Below, one piece after another: positions 1 to 7,993 of a stretch of DNA of 64,000 bases. The translations under genes and the position numbers were made by a program. How positions within the stretch are numbered: the first letter of the stretch is position 1; each line of letters opens with the position of its first letter. The notes beneath the pieces were generated by a model. The model did not search any database, had not been told where the DNA came from, and saw only the letters and a list, made by a program, of their open reading frames with translations. Source of the stretch: Myxococcota bacterium (GTDB taxonomy: Bacteria > Myxococcota_A > UBA9160 > UBA6930); NCBI GenBank assembly GCA_965223415.1, contig OZ245002.1, positions 2,144,001 to 2,208,000 of the forward strand. The letters are read 5' to 3'.

Positions 1-2
1 GC

Positions 3-392
3 GAGGCGGATGCGGCCCTCGAAGACCTCTCGGTCGTGATCATCGACCCGGACGGAGAAGAGCGGGACCGCATCGAGGAGGTCGGAGAGCAAAAGGGCCG
101 CGAGATCGCCGCCATCGATCCCGCAGAGTTCGACGACGACAGCCGCGAGTCGATCGAAGAGGCCGACGCGGTGATCGTTGCCTGGCAGCTCGGCGGGCGC
201 TCCGGCCTCGAGCTCGTCGAGCATCTCGTGCGCCACGAGCAGACCTCGGGTACGCCGGCGCTCCTCGCCCACGATCTGGCCCATCGCGGGATGGTCGAGA
301 GTGCGCTGCGCGCCGGCGCCCGCGGCTTCGTGCTCCGGCCCTACGACGTAGAAGAGATCGAGAAGGCCGTCACCGCGGCCCGCCGCTCCTAA
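3..392 (+). CDS. Response-regulator receiver-like domain protein, 5' end probably outside window; atypical receiver
   Basis: Frame open from base 3; CheY-like pattern VIIDPD..DAVIVAW.LGGRSGLEL..AGARGFVLRPYD; phospho-Asp position reads Ala, conserved Lys reads Arg. Confidence 0.75.
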   Translation, partial: EADAALEDLSVVIIDPDGEERDRIEEVGEQKGREIAAIDPAEFDDDSRESIEEADAVIVAWQLGGRSGLELVEHLVRHEQTSGTPALLAHDLAHRGMVESALRAGARGFVLRPYDVEEIEKAVTAARRS

Positions 393-401
393 CCCCAAGA
401 A

Positions 402-477
402 CGCAAGAGTGGGGACGTTCCTTGCATCTTGCGTTTGCCACGAAACGCAAGATGCAAGGAACGTCCCCACTCTTGCG
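402..477. repeat. Perfect inverted repeat, 35-bp arms, 6-nt loop (REPIN-like element copy 1)
   Basis: 402-436 cgcaagagtggggacgttccttgcatcttgcgttt is the exact reverse complement of 443-477; between convergent stops; second copy at 61893-61967. Confidence 0.95.
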
Positions 478-786
478 CTAGACCTTCATGTCGAGGAGCG
501 AGCCCTTCAGCTCGAGCTCCGCGTCGAGGGTGCGCAGGGCGGCCTGACCGCTCACCAGCGCCTTGGTCTGCTCGATCTTCTCCCGCCCCAGGTCCACTTC
601 GCGGGGATCCTTCGTCCGGTTCACCACAGCCTGGGGCCTCTGGCCGGCGTCGACGGCCTGCTGGACTTCCAGCGGATGGAAGTCCGGCGTGTTCAAGTTG
701 GCCACGTTGTGCGCCGAGGCTTCGAGCCTCTTGGTGGCGACGTCGAGGCCGGCGAGGCCCGCCGAGGCGGCATCGGAGATCATCAT
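478..786 (-). CDS. Small flagellar basal-body rod-like protein (FlgB/FlgC-type termini)
   Basis: AGLAGLDVATKRLEASAHNVANLNTPDF matches rod/hook N-terminal ANxxT motif; C-terminal GSLLDMKV; start moved to MMISD with GGAGG upstream. Confidence 0.8.
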   Translation of the reverse strand: MMISDAASAGLAGLDVATKRLEASAHNVANLNTPDFHPLEVQQAVDAGQRPQAVVNRTKDPREVDLGREKIEQTKALVSGQAALRTLDAELELKGSLLDMKV

Positions 787-812
787 CTTCCTCCCGCCCC
801 TCCCGTGGATCT

Positions 813-840
813 GCATCGTCGCTGGTTCCCCGCGGCTTGA
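813..840 (-). promoter_or_regulatory. Candidate sigma28 (FliA) promoter
   Basis: TCAA-N16-GACGATGC on minus strand upstream of rod-like gene; consensus TAAA-N15-GCCGATAA. Confidence 0.4.
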
Positions 841-936
841 GCCGATCCCCCCGGGCCTCCGGGGTTTCCCCGAGTGCACCTGCAGCCTTTCCCCGAGTCG
901 GTGTCACCTGCACGGACGAATCGTGCACTCACGACC

Positions 937-1134
937 ATGGAGCTCTTCCTTCTCGCCGGTTGTGCCTGCGTCGCGTGGACCGCCGCGGAGCTCGGACGCG
1001 CTGCGGCCAGGCCGTCCGCCTCCTTCGGCGCGATCGACGGGCGGGGTCGCCCCCTCGACGTGGTGCTCGATCGCCGGGCCGCCGCCCGCGGTCGCCGCAC
1101 GGACGACGCCGCCAGTCTCTCCCTTCGCGTCTGA
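937..1134 (+). CDS. Small hypothetical protein with hydrophobic N-terminus
   Basis: ATG 937 MELFLLAGCACVAW..., fills the gap between neighbouring genes; no recognisable family. Confidence 0.35.
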   Translation: MELFLLAGCACVAWTAAELGRAAARPSASFGAIDGRGRPLDVVLDRRAAARGRRTDDAASLSLRV

Positions 1135-1206
1135 CCAGGATCGGGGAAACGCCCGATCGACCGGAGCGCGCAGGCGACCGAAACGGGTCTCCGAAGGGAG
1201 TCGCCC

Positions 1207-2304
1207 GTGGGATCGAAGAACGCTCCGAACGAGGATCCGGCCCTCGACGCGCTCGCTGCGGCGCTTCGAGATTGGGGTGAGATGGCCATCGCCCTGGCCG
1301 AGCGCGATCCGGACGAGATCCGCGAGGACTTCGACGGTTGGGCCCGGCACGCCGTACTGGCTGCGCCGCGCCCCGGTCTCGACGACCCGGGCGCGCCGCC
1401 CGCCGCTCACAAGGATTGGAACGGCCTCGGCCGCTTCGTGCGGGAGCACCGGCGAGCCGAGCACGACTTCGTCACGCGCAGCCTGGCCGACCTGCGACAG
1501 GTGATCTGGCACTTCGTCCAGAGCCTGGGACGCGCGATCAGCGAGGACCGCAAGGCCGACGGCGAGGTGGCCACCAAGATGCTCGATCTGCGCCGCGCGG
1601 TGGAGTCGAACGACACTGAGGCTCTCAAGCGCGAAGCTCTCGCTTCGATCACGCTCATCCAGAGCCGCATCGAGGGCCGCAAGCGTCGCGAGCAGGGGCA
1701 GATCGAGGAGCTCTCCGGCAAGCTCGAAGACATGGCGACCGAGCTCGTGGAGGTGAAGGAGCAGCTCTCGGTCGACGCCCTCACGCAGGTGTGCAACCGC
1801 GCCGGCTTCGACGACCACGTCTCCCGCGTGGTGAGCCTGGGCTTCGTTCTCGGCCAGCCGGCCATCCTGTTCATGATCGACGTGGATCACTTCAAGTGGG
1901 TCAACGATCGCTACGGGCACGGGGCCGGCGACGAGGTGCTGCGAAAGGTGGCCGCCCGGCTCGAGCACACCTTCCGCCGCAAGGGCGACTTCCTGGCGCG
2001 CTTCGGTGGCGACGAGTTCGCCGCGGTGATCCTCGAGGACAGCCTGGAGATCGCCGATCGGATCGGCGAGCGCCTGCTCTTCGCGATTCGCGACCTGGAC
2101 GTCCCGTGGGAGGACGAGGAAGAGCCGATCCGTGTGTCGGTCTCGGTGGGCGCCGCTCGCCTGGAGCCCGGCGAGAACGCGACGAGCTGGTTCGAGCGCG
2201 CGGACCGCGCCCTCTACCAGGCCAAGGAGCTCGGCCGGGACCGGCTCGCCATCGCCACGCCGGACGGAAGCTCCCGGGAAGAGAGCGCCGCCGAGACCGA
2301 GTAA
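1207..2304 (+). CDS. Diguanylate cyclase (coiled-coil N-terminus + GGDEF)
   Basis: DALTQVCNR, MIDVDHFKWVNDRYGHGAGDEVL, RKGD I-site, ARFGGDEF, RADRALYQAK. Confidence 0.95.
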   Translation: MGSKNAPNEDPALDALAAALRDWGEMAIALAERDPDEIREDFDGWARHAVLAAPRPGLDDPGAPPAAHKDWNGLGRFVREHRRAEHDFVTRSLADLRQVIWHFVQSLGRAISEDRKADGEVATKMLDLRRAVESNDTEALKREALASITLIQSRIEGRKRREQGQIEELSGKLEDMATELVEVKEQLSVDALTQVCNRAGFDDHVSRVVSLGFVLGQPAILFMIDVDHFKWVNDRYGHGAGDEVLRKVAARLEHTFRRKGDFLARFGGDEFAAVILEDSLEIADRIGERLLFAIRDLDVPWEDEEEPIRVSVSVGAARLEPGENATSWFERADRALYQAKELGRDRLAIATPDGSSREESAAETE

Positions 2305-2341
2305 GGGCGGAGGGCGCGCCCGGCGGTCCCGGTCGGGACGG

Positions 2342-3736
2342 TCAGGAGCGTGCTGCGGCCTCGCCCAGGATCGCGAGGGCGGCGATCCGGTAGGCCTCGG
2401 TCAGGGTCGGGAAGTTGAAGGCGCTCTCGACGAAGTCGTCGACCTCCCAGCTCGCCTGGATGGCGACCTGGGCCACGTGGATCAGGTCCGTTGCGCCTTC
2501 GCCGAGGATCTGAACGCCGAGCACCCGACCGTTCTCAGCGCTCGCGACCATCTTCAGCCAGCCTTCGGTGCGCCGGTTGATCACCGATCGCGCCACCTCG
2601 TCGAGGCGCGCGCGGCCGACGACCGGCGTGAGGCCCTGCTCGGTGGCGTCGGCCTCGGTGAGGCCGACGGTAGCCAGATCGGGAATGGTGTAGATGCCCA
2701 CGGGCAGGGTGGAGGCGCCTTCGCCGGCAGGGAGCCCCAGAGCGCGGGCGACGGCGCGGCGGCCCTGCTCCATCGCCGTCGTGGCCAGGGCCGGGGGCCC
2801 GATCACGTCGCCGACCGCGAGGACGTGGGGAATGGCCGTGCGCAGGTCCGCATCCACGTCCAGCAAGCCGCGCTCGTTCACGGCGAGCCCGGCCCTCTCC
2901 AGCTGTAGCTCCGGCAGACAGCCCACGCGACCGAGCGCCACGAGGACCTTCGTGGCTTCGAGGAAACGGCCGTCCTCCAGGGTCACCATGCTGTGGGAGA
3001 AGCCGTCCCACTCGACGCCAGTGGCACGGGCCTCGGGGACGTAGCGCCCGCCGCGCCTCTCGAAGGCCTCGACGAAACCCGCCGAGAGCTCCGGGTCGAG
3101 GAAGGCCAGCGGGCGCGGCGCGCGGTCGACGATCGTCACCCGGCTGCCGAGGGTGGCGAACACCGAGGCGTACTCGCAGGCGATCACGCCGCCGCCCAGC
3201 ACCAGGAGGCTCTCGGGCACGTAGCGGAGGGAGAGGATCGAGTCGCTGTCGAGGACGCGCTCGTGATCGACGGTGATCTCGTCGGGCACGCGCGGCCGGG
3301 AGCCCGTGGCGATGACGATGCGCTCCGCTTCGATCTCGGTCACGGCGCCCCGCGGCGTCGTGACCGAGACGACGTGCTCGGACTCGAATCGACCGCGTCC
3401 GCGCTCGATCTCGATTCCGTTGCGCTCGAGCTGGGCGCGCATGAAGCGGCTGTGGCCGGCCAGGACCGCGTCCACGCGCGCCTTCAGCTCCGACAGGGGC
3501 AGGGACCGTTCGCCGCCCTCGGCCGGCTTCTCGTCGCCGTCGCCCATGGACTCGAGGGCGAGCTGGCGCAGGGTCTTGCTCGGGATCGTTCCCCAGTGCA
3601 CGCAGGCACCGCCCACGTCCCGTCCGGACTCCACCAGGGAGACCCGCCGGCCGGTTTTTGCCGCGGCGATCGCCGCCTTCTGGCCGCCGGGTCCGCCGCC
3701 GATCACGAGCAGGTCGACGCGCCTGCGGTCGGTCAC
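2342..3736 (-). CDS. sthA: Soluble pyridine nucleotide transhydrogenase
   Basis: GGGPGG FAD motif, GGACVHWGTIPSKTLR (CxxxxT variant typical of STH), GIYTIP, FNFPTLTEAYRIAAL. Confidence 0.9.
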   Translation of the reverse strand: MTDRRRVDLLVIGGGPGGQKAAIAAAKTGRRVSLVESGRDVGGACVHWGTIPSKTLRQLALESMGDGDEKPAEGGERSLPLSELKARVDAVLAGHSRFMRAQLERNGIEIERGRGRFESEHVVSVTTPRGAVTEIEAERIVIATGSRPRVPDEITVDHERVLDSDSILSLRYVPESLLVLGGGVIACEYASVFATLGSRVTIVDRAPRPLAFLDPELSAGFVEAFERRGGRYVPEARATGVEWDGFSHSMVTLEDGRFLEATKVLVALGRVGCLPELQLERAGLAVNERGLLDVDADLRTAIPHVLAVGDVIGPPALATTAMEQGRRAVARALGLPAGEGASTLPVGIYTIPDLATVGLTEADATEQGLTPVVGRARLDEVARSVINRRTEGWLKMVASAENGRVLGVQILGEGATDLIHVAQVAIQASWEVDDFVESAFNFPTLTEAYRIAALAILGEAAARS

Positions 3737-4575
3737 TCCCCATTCTCCAGCATCTCGCGGATGACGTCCCTTCGCGCGAGCAGGGCGTCGAGGTCGTCGG
3801 GGTAGATCCCCAGCTCGTCCAGGATCGGATCGGCGCGCAGGGCTTCCTCCTTGGCTTCGTCGTCCTCGTCCGCGTCGAGGAGATCGAAGAGGCGCTCGGC
3901 CAAGAGCACGAGAAGGGCGTCACGCGCCGCCGAGGCCCGCGGCGTCGATTCGTCGAAGGCGACCGTCTCGCGCACGTGCTCCGGAAGGCCCCAGCTCTCG
4001 GCCGCACGCAGCCCCAGGCGGAGCCGGAAGGCGGCCTCGAGCTCCCGGAACTCCTCTGGCGGCATGCGCGGATCGCTCGCCCGACGAATCCGTGAGAGCG
4101 CACGGATCAGGAGTGCCGTGCCCACGTGGCGAAGCAGGCCCGAGAGGAAGGCGGCCTCGACGTCCTCGCGAAGCGCGCGGGCCACCTCCTTGGCGAACAG
4201 GCCGGTGCCGAGAGATCGCCGCCAGAGCTGGCGCAGCTCCTCCTGGAAGCCGGGGGCGTTGAACACGCCGTCTCGAACGCTCGCGGCCACCGCCAGCTCG
4301 ACGACGCGCTGGACGCCGAGCCGCGCGATCGCCTGCTGCAGCGACACGATGGCGACACGGCCCGCCTGCATGGCGGAGTTCGCGTCCTTCAGGATCTCTG
4401 CCGCGAGGCCCTGATCGCGGTGGACCAGCTCGGCCAGATCGGCCGCTGCCGTCATCGGATCCGCCGCGGTCTCGAGCACGCGCTGCGCGACCTCCGGAAG
4501 GGGAGGCAGCTCGATGCGGCCCGCGTCGTATCGACGTTCGAGCTCGCGACGGAGTGATTCGAGACTGCGCGCCAT
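3733..4575 (-). CDS. HDOD domain protein
   Basis: LPPLPEVA, DQGLAAEILKDANS, SLQQAIARLG, AFLSGLLRHVG, WGLPE. Confidence 0.9.
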   Translation of the reverse strand: MARSLESLRRELERRYDAGRIELPPLPEVAQRVLETAADPMTAAADLAELVHRDQGLAAEILKDANSAMQAGRVAIVSLQQAIARLGVQRVVELAVAASVRDGVFNAPGFQEELRQLWRRSLGTGLFAKEVARALREDVEAAFLSGLLRHVGTALLIRALSRIRRASDPRMPPEEFRELEAAFRLRLGLRAAESWGLPEHVRETVAFDESTPRASAARDALLVLLAERLFDLLDADEDDEAKEEALRADPILDELGIYPDDLDALLARRDVIREMLENGE

Positions 4576-4585
4576 CGCACTTCAC

Positions 4586-4613
4586 CCGTCGGTGTTCCTC
4601 CCGGACACCTTTA
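4586..4613 (-). promoter_or_regulatory. Candidate sigma28 (FliA) promoter for HDOD-sthA
   Basis: TAAA-N16-ACCGACGG ending 10 nt before the HDOD ATG. Confidence 0.4.
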
Positions 4614-4735
4614 CAGGAACTCGCAGCTCCGGCGTGTCTTCGCTCGCAGGCCGGCGCCTTCGCTCGGCGATGAAACGGAGCCGCTTGCAGGATGAAACGC
4701 GCCGGTGCCGAACGTGCCTCACGCGCACCCGCGAC

Positions 4736-4751
4736 TGGCACGTCGCTTGCT
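4736..4751 (+). promoter_or_regulatory. sigma54 -24/-12 promoter
   Basis: TGGCACGTCGCTTGCT matches TGGCAC-N5-TTGCW exactly. Confidence 0.85.
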
Positions 4752-4777
4752 CTTCCGTCTGCGAGGAGGATCGTCCC

Positions 4778-5317
4778 GTGAGCGACTCCGAGGCCCGGTC
4801 CGGTGATCAGGACCAGCGTTCCTACTACCGCGTCCCCACTTTTCTCCCGGTGCGCTGCCGTCGCGTCGGCGCCAGCGAGCTCGCCGCGCTAGAGGCGGAG
4901 ATCCTGACCCACGAGTCCTTCGACGTCTCGAACGTCGATCCCGGGCTGTGCGAGTGGCTCGATCGCATCGAGGGAAAGCTCGACCGGATCCTCGCCCACT
5001 ACGAGTCCGAGGACGGGCGCTGGATCACCCCTGAAGGGCCGCTCGAGCTGACCCTCTCGGGCTCCGGTATCCGGCTGCCGGTGACGCAGGAGGTCGCAGT
5101 CGGGACCAACGTGCTGCTCGAGATCGTCCTGCCGGGAACGCCGAAGCAGGTGATCCGCTGCATCGGGGAGGTGGCGAAGAGCGACGACGACGAGAAGGGC
5201 CCCGCCATCGCGGCGGGCTTCCGCGTCATCGCCGAGAGCGACCGCGACGCGGTGGTCGGCCACGTCCTGCAGGTGCAGCGCTCCGAGTTGCGGCGGCGCG
5301 CGTCGGGCGACGAGTGA
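4778..5317 (+). CDS. PilZ domain protein
   Basis: QRSYYR (RxxxR), LTLSGSGI (xSxxG), beta-barrel pattern; GTG with GAGGAGG upstream. Confidence 0.8.
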   Translation: MSDSEARSGDQDQRSYYRVPTFLPVRCRRVGASELAALEAEILTHESFDVSNVDPGLCEWLDRIEGKLDRILAHYESEDGRWITPEGPLELTLSGSGIRLPVTQEVAVGTNVLLEIVLPGTPKQVIRCIGEVAKSDDDEKGPAIAAGFRVIAESDRDAVVGHVLQVQRSELRRRASGDE

Positions 5318-7401
5318 TCGGCCGCCTCGCGATCGTCCTGCTCGGCACGGCCTTCGCTCTCGCGGGGGGGCCGGCGACCGCCGAGGAAGAGGTGCCAGCG
5401 GCCGGTCCCGTCGCGGTGCCGCCGGATCCCTTCGCCATCTTCTCCGCGCGCCGCGCCTGGCTGCCGGTGCTCGACGCGGTGGAGCCCTGTCTCCCCGCGG
5501 AGCCCCCGGACGCCCTTCGCCCGGTGCTGCCGTTCGTGCTGGAGGACCGGGAGTCGGCGACCCGCCGAGTGCTGGAGCTGGCCGAGGAGACCCGGCGCAA
5601 GGAGGGCGAAGGGCTCTCGGCCGATCTCCGCCTGTGGCTCGCGATCGCCGGCGCGCGGGTCGCCGATACGGCGGAGCGTCGCCACGACGCGATCCGGACG
5701 ATCGACCGGGCGCTGACCCGGGGTGGCGGCGGTGAGGCCCGGGTGTGCGCTTACCTCGAGCGCGCGCGAGCGGAGCTGCGCATTCACCGGGCGCCGGAGG
5801 CGAGTGCCTCCGCGCTGCGGGCCCTCCGGGAGGGAGAGGCGGCGGAGCTGCCGCCGGCGCGTGTGGAGGCGGCTCGCTTCCTGCGGGCGGAGGCGCTCCT
5901 GCTCGCGGGCCGGGTCGACGACGCGCGCTCCCTCTACGAGTCCCTGGCCGCGGCGGACCGCCCTGGGGTCGCCGCCGCGTCGCGCCTCCGCCTGATCGAA
6001 AGCGTCGGAGGGGAGATCGATCCGGTGACGGCATGGAAGCGCCTGCAGGCGCGCATGGAGGAGGCGCGCGATGCCGACCTCGACCTGCGCGCCTTCGCGA
6101 GGGTCGCGACCGAGTTCGCGCTTCGCGCTGGCGATTCGAGGCGTGCGCTCCTCCATGCCTCCCGTGCGGCGGATCTGGAGGGCGACGACCTGGCGACCGG
6201 ACTCGCTGCCATCCGAAAGGCGGACGTGCTGGCAGCGCGGGATCGCGGCGCGGATGCCGCCCTCACGCTCCGGCGGCTCTCGGAGGTGCACCCGGACGTC
6301 GACGTACGGCGGCTGGCGACGATTCGGCTGGCCGTCCACGGGCTCGGAGGAGAGACCGCCGCGGAAGAGCGCGCGGTGCTGGAAGACGCGGCGGCCTCGA
6401 GCGAGCGGGGGCTCTCGGTGTACGCCCGCGCGGTGCTGCTCCACCGCCATGTCGGAGAGGGTGAGGTGGATCTCGCCCTCGCCGAGTACGCCCGACTGGC
6501 CTACGACGATCCCGACGACGTGCTCGCTCCGGACCATCGCGACGATCTCGACGCCGCCCTGCGCGCTGCGGTGGGCTCCCACTGCCCGACGACGGTGCGC
6601 CTGCTCGGCGGACGTCGCGAGCTCTTCCTGCGCCAGGCGCGGGTGAGCGAGCCCTTCGTTGCGCTGGCGGATTGCTACCTGGCGCTCGGCATGCCTGTGC
6701 CGGCCCTGGGTGCCTATCGCGCTGTCACCCGTGCCTTCGGCCCGTCGCTTGCCGCCCAGCTCACCCTGCGACTCGCCCGTGCGTCGCTCGGCGCGGGAGA
6801 CCTGCCCGCGGTGCGCGCTGCCCTGCGCGCGCATCGGGAGCACCCCGGCGAGCCTCGGGGGGGCCTGGCGGGGGACAGCTGGCCCCTGTTCGAGGCGGAG
6901 CTGGCGCTGCGCGAGGGACGGGAGGAGGCGGCGGCGGAGCGGCTGCTCTCCCTCGTGCGCGGCGGACGTGCGCCGCTGCGCGCGCTCCGCCGGCTGGCGG
7001 AGCTCGTCGCCCGGGACAAGACCGGAGGCGAGGCGCTCGCGGTCCTCGAGGACGAGACCTCCCGCTGGCAGCTCGCGCCGGATCCCCTGGCCGACGCCGA
7101 GGAGGCGCAGATCCGTGCGGGCATCGCGCTGGTGGTGGCCGACCGGCTGCTGGCGCGGGACGAGACCTCCCGCGCCCATTACTACTACGGGCTGGCCGCC
7201 GAGACCCTCGCCGACGGGCCCGAGCGCGCGCGTGCCCGCTTCGCACGCGCGCGCCTGAGTCGCGGTGAGCGGCGCCGGCGCGCCTTCGAGACCGCCGCCG
7301 AGCCGACCCAGGGCCCGGCCCTCTGGAACCGCCTCGCCGGCATCGAGCTGCGCGCCGCCGAGCTTCGAGCGGAAATCGGGCGCGCGGAGCCGACACCGTG
7401 A
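5314..7401 (+). CDS. Exported TPR/alpha-solenoid-like protein
   Basis: Signal-peptide-like N-terminus; repeated helical motifs (LADCYLALG..ALGAYR, LRLARASL); GTGA overlap with PilZ gene. Confidence 0.65.
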   Translation: MIGRLAIVLLGTAFALAGGPATAEEEVPAAGPVAVPPDPFAIFSARRAWLPVLDAVEPCLPAEPPDALRPVLPFVLEDRESATRRVLELAEETRRKEGEGLSADLRLWLAIAGARVADTAERRHDAIRTIDRALTRGGGGEARVCAYLERARAELRIHRAPEASASALRALREGEAAELPPARVEAARFLRAEALLLAGRVDDARSLYESLAAADRPGVAAASRLRLIESVGGEIDPVTAWKRLQARMEEARDADLDLRAFARVATEFALRAGDSRRALLHASRAADLEGDDLATGLAAIRKADVLAARDRGADAALTLRRLSEVHPDVDVRRLATIRLAVHGLGGETAAEERAVLEDAAASSERGLSVYARAVLLHRHVGEGEVDLALAEYARLAYDDPDDVLAPDHRDDLDAALRAAVGSHCPTTVRLLGGRRELFLRQARVSEPFVALADCYLALGMPVPALGAYRAVTRAFGPSLAAQLTLRLARASLGAGDLPAVRAALRAHREHPGEPRGGLAGDSWPLFEAELALREGREEAAAERLLSLVRGGRAPLRALRRLAELVARDKTGGEALAVLEDETSRWQLAPDPLADAEEAQIRAGIALVVADRLLARDETSRAHYYYGLAAETLADGPERARARFARARLSRGERRRRAFETAAEPTQGPALWNRLAGIELRAAELRAEIGRAEPTP

Positions 7402-7454
7402 CGACCACCCGCGACGCGGAGCCGACACCGTGACCGCCACCCGCGACGCGGAGC
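7383..7454 (+). repeat. 32-bp tandem duplication (about 2.25 units) across a gene junction
   Basis: cgcggagccgacaccgtgac(ga/cg)ccacccgcga at 7383 and 7415, partial third unit at 7447. Confidence 0.9.
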
Positions 7455-7993
7455 TCGCCTCGGCTCTCCTCGACCTGCGCGCTCCCTTGTCGCGCATCGA
7501 GCTGGCGGCGAGTCGGCTCGACCGCGAGGAGCGGACGCCCCGCACGGGCGAGCTCGCGCGAACGATTCGCGAGGCCGTGGCGGCCGCCGATCACAAGCTC
7601 GAGCTGGCGTTGCGGGTGCTGGCGCCGCCCGCAGCGGAGCCGGCCCTTCCCGCGGCAGGTGTGCTGGAGGAGCTCGCCCTGCGGCTGCGTCCCGTGCTGG
7701 CGGCGCGTGGTCTCGAGCTGCGGGTCCACGGCGAGCCTTCGCCGGCCCTCGATCCCGCCGTGCTCCGTCGCGCCGCCATCGCCCTGGCCGGCACCGCGGC
7801 GGAGCTGGCGGAGGCGGGGCCGGTCGAGCTCCGTCTCGTGTCGGGGGAGGGGCGCTGGGGAGTCGAGGCGTGCTGGAGCGCCGCCGCCGGCGAAGGCGCC
7901 GCACTGCGCCGCCTCCGACCGCTGGCCCTCCTATGCGGCGGGGAAGCCTGTCACACGGACCGGGGCGCCGTCTTCTGGATGTCGACTTCGTGA
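7430..7993 (+). CDS. Degenerate histidine-kinase-like protein (H-box His absent)
   Basis: LASALLDLRAPLSRIELAAS resembles HisKA LAHDLRxPL; LDPAVLRRAAIAL resembles the N-box helix; no clear G boxes. Confidence 0.55.
   Translation: MTATRDAELASALLDLRAPLSRIELAASRLDREERTPRTGELARTIREAVAAADHKLELALRVLAPPAAEPALPAAGVLEELALRLRPVLAARGLELRVHGEPSPALDPAVLRRAAIALAGTAAELAEAGPVELRLVSGEGRWGVEACWSAAAGEGAALRRLRPLALLCGGEACHTDRGAVFWMSTS

Noticed and set aside
402..477. Palindromes as CRISPR repeats or ordinary rho-independent terminators
   Set aside because: No spacer-separated array or cas genes; stems far longer than terminators and no U-tract
409..840. ORFs 409-840 and 61899-62315 sharing the N-terminus MGTFLASCV
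   Set aside because: Similarity comes only from the palindromic repeat; both are antisense to real genes
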